NCBI GenBank assembly: GCA_026004875.1
Contig: BPJZ01000008.1
Span: 49,253-113,252 of the forward strand
DNA length: 64,000 nucleotides
DNA from: Candidatus Poribacteria bacterium
GTDB lineage: Bacteria; Poribacteria; WGA-4E; GCA-2687025
Direction: 5' to 3'
This document shows positions 61,617 to 64,000 of this stretch, piece by piece. The notes beneath the pieces are model-generated. The model was not told the DNA's origin. It worked only from the letters and a program-made list of their open reading frames with translations, and made no database searches. Position numbers and translations under genes: made by a program. Position 1 is the first letter of the stretch, and each line of letters opens with the position of its first letter.

Positions 61617-62014
61617 AGCTTCTTTTCCGCGCGTTCTTCTGGTAACCGTGAGAGCTCATACTCCCGCTTGGAAATCTCCTCCAGGACCTCGGCCATCAGG
61701 TCGAGGGCTTGGAGGATTTGCGGATAGACTAGCCGGTAGTAGATCGTTGTTCCCTCCCGTCGGGTGCGGACCACGCCTCGCGCGCGCAGTCGGGCGAGGT
61801 GTTGGGAGATGTTCGCCTCCCGCGCTCCGACCTGAGCGGCGATCTCTCCCACCGTCCGCTCTCCGTGCCGGAGGGCGTTCAGGATCTGCTGCCGCTTTGG
61901 ATTGGCGATCAGTTTGCACAGCTCCGCGTGAAGCTCGTAATAGTGACGATCGCGATTCATACCTTCGAACCTTCCCTTCATAGAAAGAATAGCCCTCACG
62001 ATCGCTCTCGGCAA
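61613..62014 (-). CDS. ArsR/SmtB family transcriptional regulator
   Basis: LCKLIANPKRQQILNALRHGERTVGEIAAQVGAREANISQHLARLRARGVV is a winged HTH. Its stop overlaps the downstream start (ATGA). Confidence 0.85.
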   Translation of the reverse strand: MPRAIVRAILSMKGRFEGMNRDRHYYELHAELCKLIANPKRQQILNALRHGERTVGEIAAQVGAREANISQHLARLRARGVVRTRREGTTIYYRLVYPQILQALDLMAEVLEEISKREYELSRLPEERAEKKL

Positions 62015-62056
62015 ACCGTCTCATGGCCCGATCGAAACAAGCGTTTGAAGTCATTT

Positions 62057-62088
62057 TTGTTGCAACAAGTATAGGGAGAGTTTACACT
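62057..62088 (+). promoter_or_regulatory. LamG-gene promoter overlapped by a perfect 12-bp palindrome (candidate ArsR-family operator)
   Basis: TTGCAA (62060-62065), 17-nt spacer, TACACT (62083-62088). The palindrome TTGTTGCAACAA spans 62057-62068 in the divergent arsR/LamG spacer. Confidence 0.45.
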
Positions 62089-62121
62089 GCGAAGCGGGTG
62101 ACCAAACGAGGAGGTGTGACC

Positions 62122-62892
62122 ATGGTTCGATGGGTTGTGATCTTCGGGATGACTGTGGCGCTGAGCGCCTATGCTGTCAGCATCGGGGATGGTCTGGAAG
62201 GCCTCTGGCTCTTTGACGAGGGGTCGGGAGACATTGCTCGAGACTCCTCCGGCAACGGACGCGACGGGGAAATCCTGGGCAATCCGGCCTGGGTGGATGG
62301 AGTCTTTGGCATGGCCTTGGAGTTCGACGGTGTAGACGATCACGTCGTGATCTCCGGTTATACCGGGGTAGGGGGCAACACGCCTCGGACCGTGATGCTC
62401 TGGTGGAAGGCGTACGACGCGCGCGAGCACTCCTGGGTCAAGTGGGGAATCGTTCAGGACACCCGGAAGTACTACGTCCGCGCGCACCTTGCGGGAAACA
62501 CGTGCTTCCTGCGTGTTGAGACGCAAGGCGGCCAGCACTACGGCAGCACAGACGTTTGCAACGGTGAGTGGCACCATCTTGCCGTTGTCTTTCCTCCCGA
62601 CTCGGACAACGTCAAGGATCATCTCCTTTATGTGGACGGAGTCCTTGAGGAGCAGACGGCGGGCAACCCCGTCGGTGTGGACACCGACGTTGCGAGCCAA
62701 GAGGTGAACATCGGCGCGCCGTTGGCGCATCACGTCTACGCCCACGGGGTGATGGACGAGGTGGCCATCTACAGCCGTGCGCTCAGCAAGGAGGAGATTC
62801 AAACGATCATGAACAACGGATTTCGGTTGAGCCTGGCCGTCTCGCCGGCGGGGAAGCTCGCAACCCGCTGGGCCGCCCTGAAGCAGCAGTAG
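62122..62892 (+). CDS. Secreted LamG (concanavalin A-like lectin) domain protein with C-terminal GKLATRWAALKQQ tail
   Basis: ATG at 62122 after GAGGAGG. Signal peptide MVRWVVIFGMTVALSAYA. LWLFDEGSG...DSSGNGRDGE...ALEFDGVDDHV...GEWHHLAVVF...MDEVAIYSRALSKEEI is a classic LamG_3 pattern. Confidence 0.85.
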   Translation: MVRWVVIFGMTVALSAYAVSIGDGLEGLWLFDEGSGDIARDSSGNGRDGEILGNPAWVDGVFGMALEFDGVDDHVVISGYTGVGGNTPRTVMLWWKAYDAREHSWVKWGIVQDTRKYYVRAHLAGNTCFLRVETQGGQHYGSTDVCNGEWHHLAVVFPPDSDNVKDHLLYVDGVLEEQTAGNPVGVDTDVASQEVNIGAPLAHHVYAHGVMDEVAIYSRALSKEEIQTIMNNGFRLSLAVSPAGKLATRWAALKQQ

Positions 62893-63026
62893 GGCGGGCC
62901 GTCCCTCGAACTGTTGTCGAGAGCGCTAAAACAAAGGCCACGGTCGGGGCCGCCGTGCGACCCCTTCCGCGGCCTTCGAGCGTCTGGAGCTGGGCGTTGG
63001 GTGAACAGGACGGCGGCACAGACGCG

Positions 63027-63055
63027 TTGACCTGAGTCTCTGAAAATGATAAAAT
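63027..63055 (+). promoter_or_regulatory. Promoter of the ABC transporter operon (extended -10)
   Basis: TTGACC (63027-63032), 17-nt spacer ending TGA, then TAAAAT (63050-63055). Confidence 0.55.
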
Positions 63056-63111
63056 CCGCCTTGGTCTTCGAGTGTTGCGCTCAGGTCGGCGCAAGGAGGA
63101 GAGACATCAGC

Positions 63112-63792
63112 ATGGCAACGACCCAGCCAGTTCAAAGGACGCAGATTCGCAGTCAGATCAGTCTTCCCTTCACCGAAGCGGTGCGGATTAGTTTTCAGAG
63201 CCTCAAGATTCGCTTCTGGCGTTCGATCATCACGACGGTGGGGATCGCCTTTGGGATCGCCTTTTTTGTTGCCGTCCTGGCGGGGGGAACGATTCGGGCG
63301 GCGGTGCTGGCTGAGGAGGTAGAGGTTATTGATACGATGGCCGAAGCCCAAGAGCGAGGAATTCCTCCCCAGCAGTACTGGCTGGTGATCATGTCGCTGA
63401 TCGTTTGTGTTGTGGGGATCTCCAACTCGATGTTGATGTCGGTAACCGAGCGCTTCCGGGAGATCGGGACAATGAAGTGCCTCGGGGCGCTGGACCGGTT
63501 CATCGTCGAGCTGTTCCTCCTAGAGTCGAGCTTTCAGGGGCTAGCCGGTGCGATCGCCGGGGCGCTGGTCGGGGTCCTGTTCGCGCTCTTGGTGAACCTC
63601 AGGGAGTTCGGGTGGAAGGTCTTCTATTCGTTCCCCTGGTTTATCGGGCCTCCGGAGGCGCCGGTCGGGGTCATTCCAGTGCTGATCGGGGGCTGTATCG
63701 TCGGCATGATTCTAGCTGTGATCGGGGCTGCCGGCCCGGCGTACCGTGCCGCCAAGCTGCCGCCGGTCGAGGCGATGCGAGTTGAAGTCTAA
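63112..63792 (+). CDS. FtsX-like ABC transporter permease (short, four TM helices)
   Basis: FWRSIITTVGIAFGIAFFVAV, then the FtsX domain ...ERFREIGTMKCLGA...AAKLPPVEAMR. Confidence 0.8.
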   Translation: MATTQPVQRTQIRSQISLPFTEAVRISFQSLKIRFWRSIITTVGIAFGIAFFVAVLAGGTIRAAVLAEEVEVIDTMAEAQERGIPPQQYWLVIMSLIVCVVGISNSMLMSVTERFREIGTMKCLGALDRFIVELFLLESSFQGLAGAIAGALVGVLFALLVNLREFGWKVFYSFPWFIGPPEAPVGVIPVLIGGCIVGMILAVIGAAGPAYRAAKLPPVEAMRVEV

Positions 63793-63810
63793 CGTCGCAG
63801 GGAAACGCCC

Positions 63811-64000
63811 ATGATAGATCAAAACCGAGACGTCGTCGTCCGAATGGTGGACGTGCACCGCGTCTACAAGATGGGAAAGGAGGAGGTGCACGCCCTGCGA
63901 GGGGTAACGCTGGACATTTACCGCGGGGAGTACCTCTCGCTGATGGGCCCCTCCGGTTCCGGGAAGTCCACCATCTTCAATATGATCGGGGCGCTAGACC
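63811..64000 (+). CDS. ABC transporter ATP-binding protein (MacB/LolD-like), N-terminal fragment
   Basis: VHRVYKMGKEEVHALRGVTLDIYRGEYLSLMGPSGSGKST (Walker A). Continues beyond the window. Confidence 0.9.
   Translation, partial: MIDQNRDVVVRMVDVHRVYKMGKEEVHALRGVTLDIYRGEYLSLMGPSGSGKSTIFNMIGALD

Noticed and set aside
60792-62802. ORFs 60792..61727 (+) and 61996..62802 (-), antisense to the CoADR and LamG genes
   Set aside because: No motifs and biased composition, and they lie opposite clearly assignable genes.

Overview
High-GC (about 60%) chromosomal segment from a diderm bacterium; I cannot assign the taxon from sequence alone. It is densely coding and mostly housekeeping. Recognisable genes: feoA-feoA-feoB, larA-like plus minCDE, a long minus-strand run rpsB-tsf-frr-cdsA-dxr-rseP that continues into an enolase-family gene and a TPR / beta-barrel / ExbB / TonB-like / TPR envelope operon, an anaerobic sulfatase maturase, tgt, GH127, dprA, cimA, a lipid kinase, an NtrC-type two-component pair, secDF, corA, selD and an ABC transporter. 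I saw no rRNA, tRNA, CRISPR array, transposase or integrase. Main findings: (1) five signal-peptide proteins with unrelated domains end in the same tail, V-x-P-x-G-K-L-A-T-T-W-x-x-L-K; three of them are tandem paralogs with mosaic identical DNA tracts. (2) selD carries an in-frame UGA selenocysteine codon followed by a SECIS-like hairpin, which the ORF track truncated, and sits next to an ArsR / CoA-disulfide-reductase-rhodanese unit. (3) An orphan unit with a near-consensus promoter and an intrinsic terminator, about 215 nt and without an ORF, is a candidate sRNA. (4) The Tol/Ton-like operon has no ExbD/TolR gene. (5) There are many single-base frameshifts, mostly at homopolymers and unevenly distributed, including one 3.4 kb gene broken about 18 times. 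These look largely technical and limit confidence in gene integrity between 37 and 61 kb.
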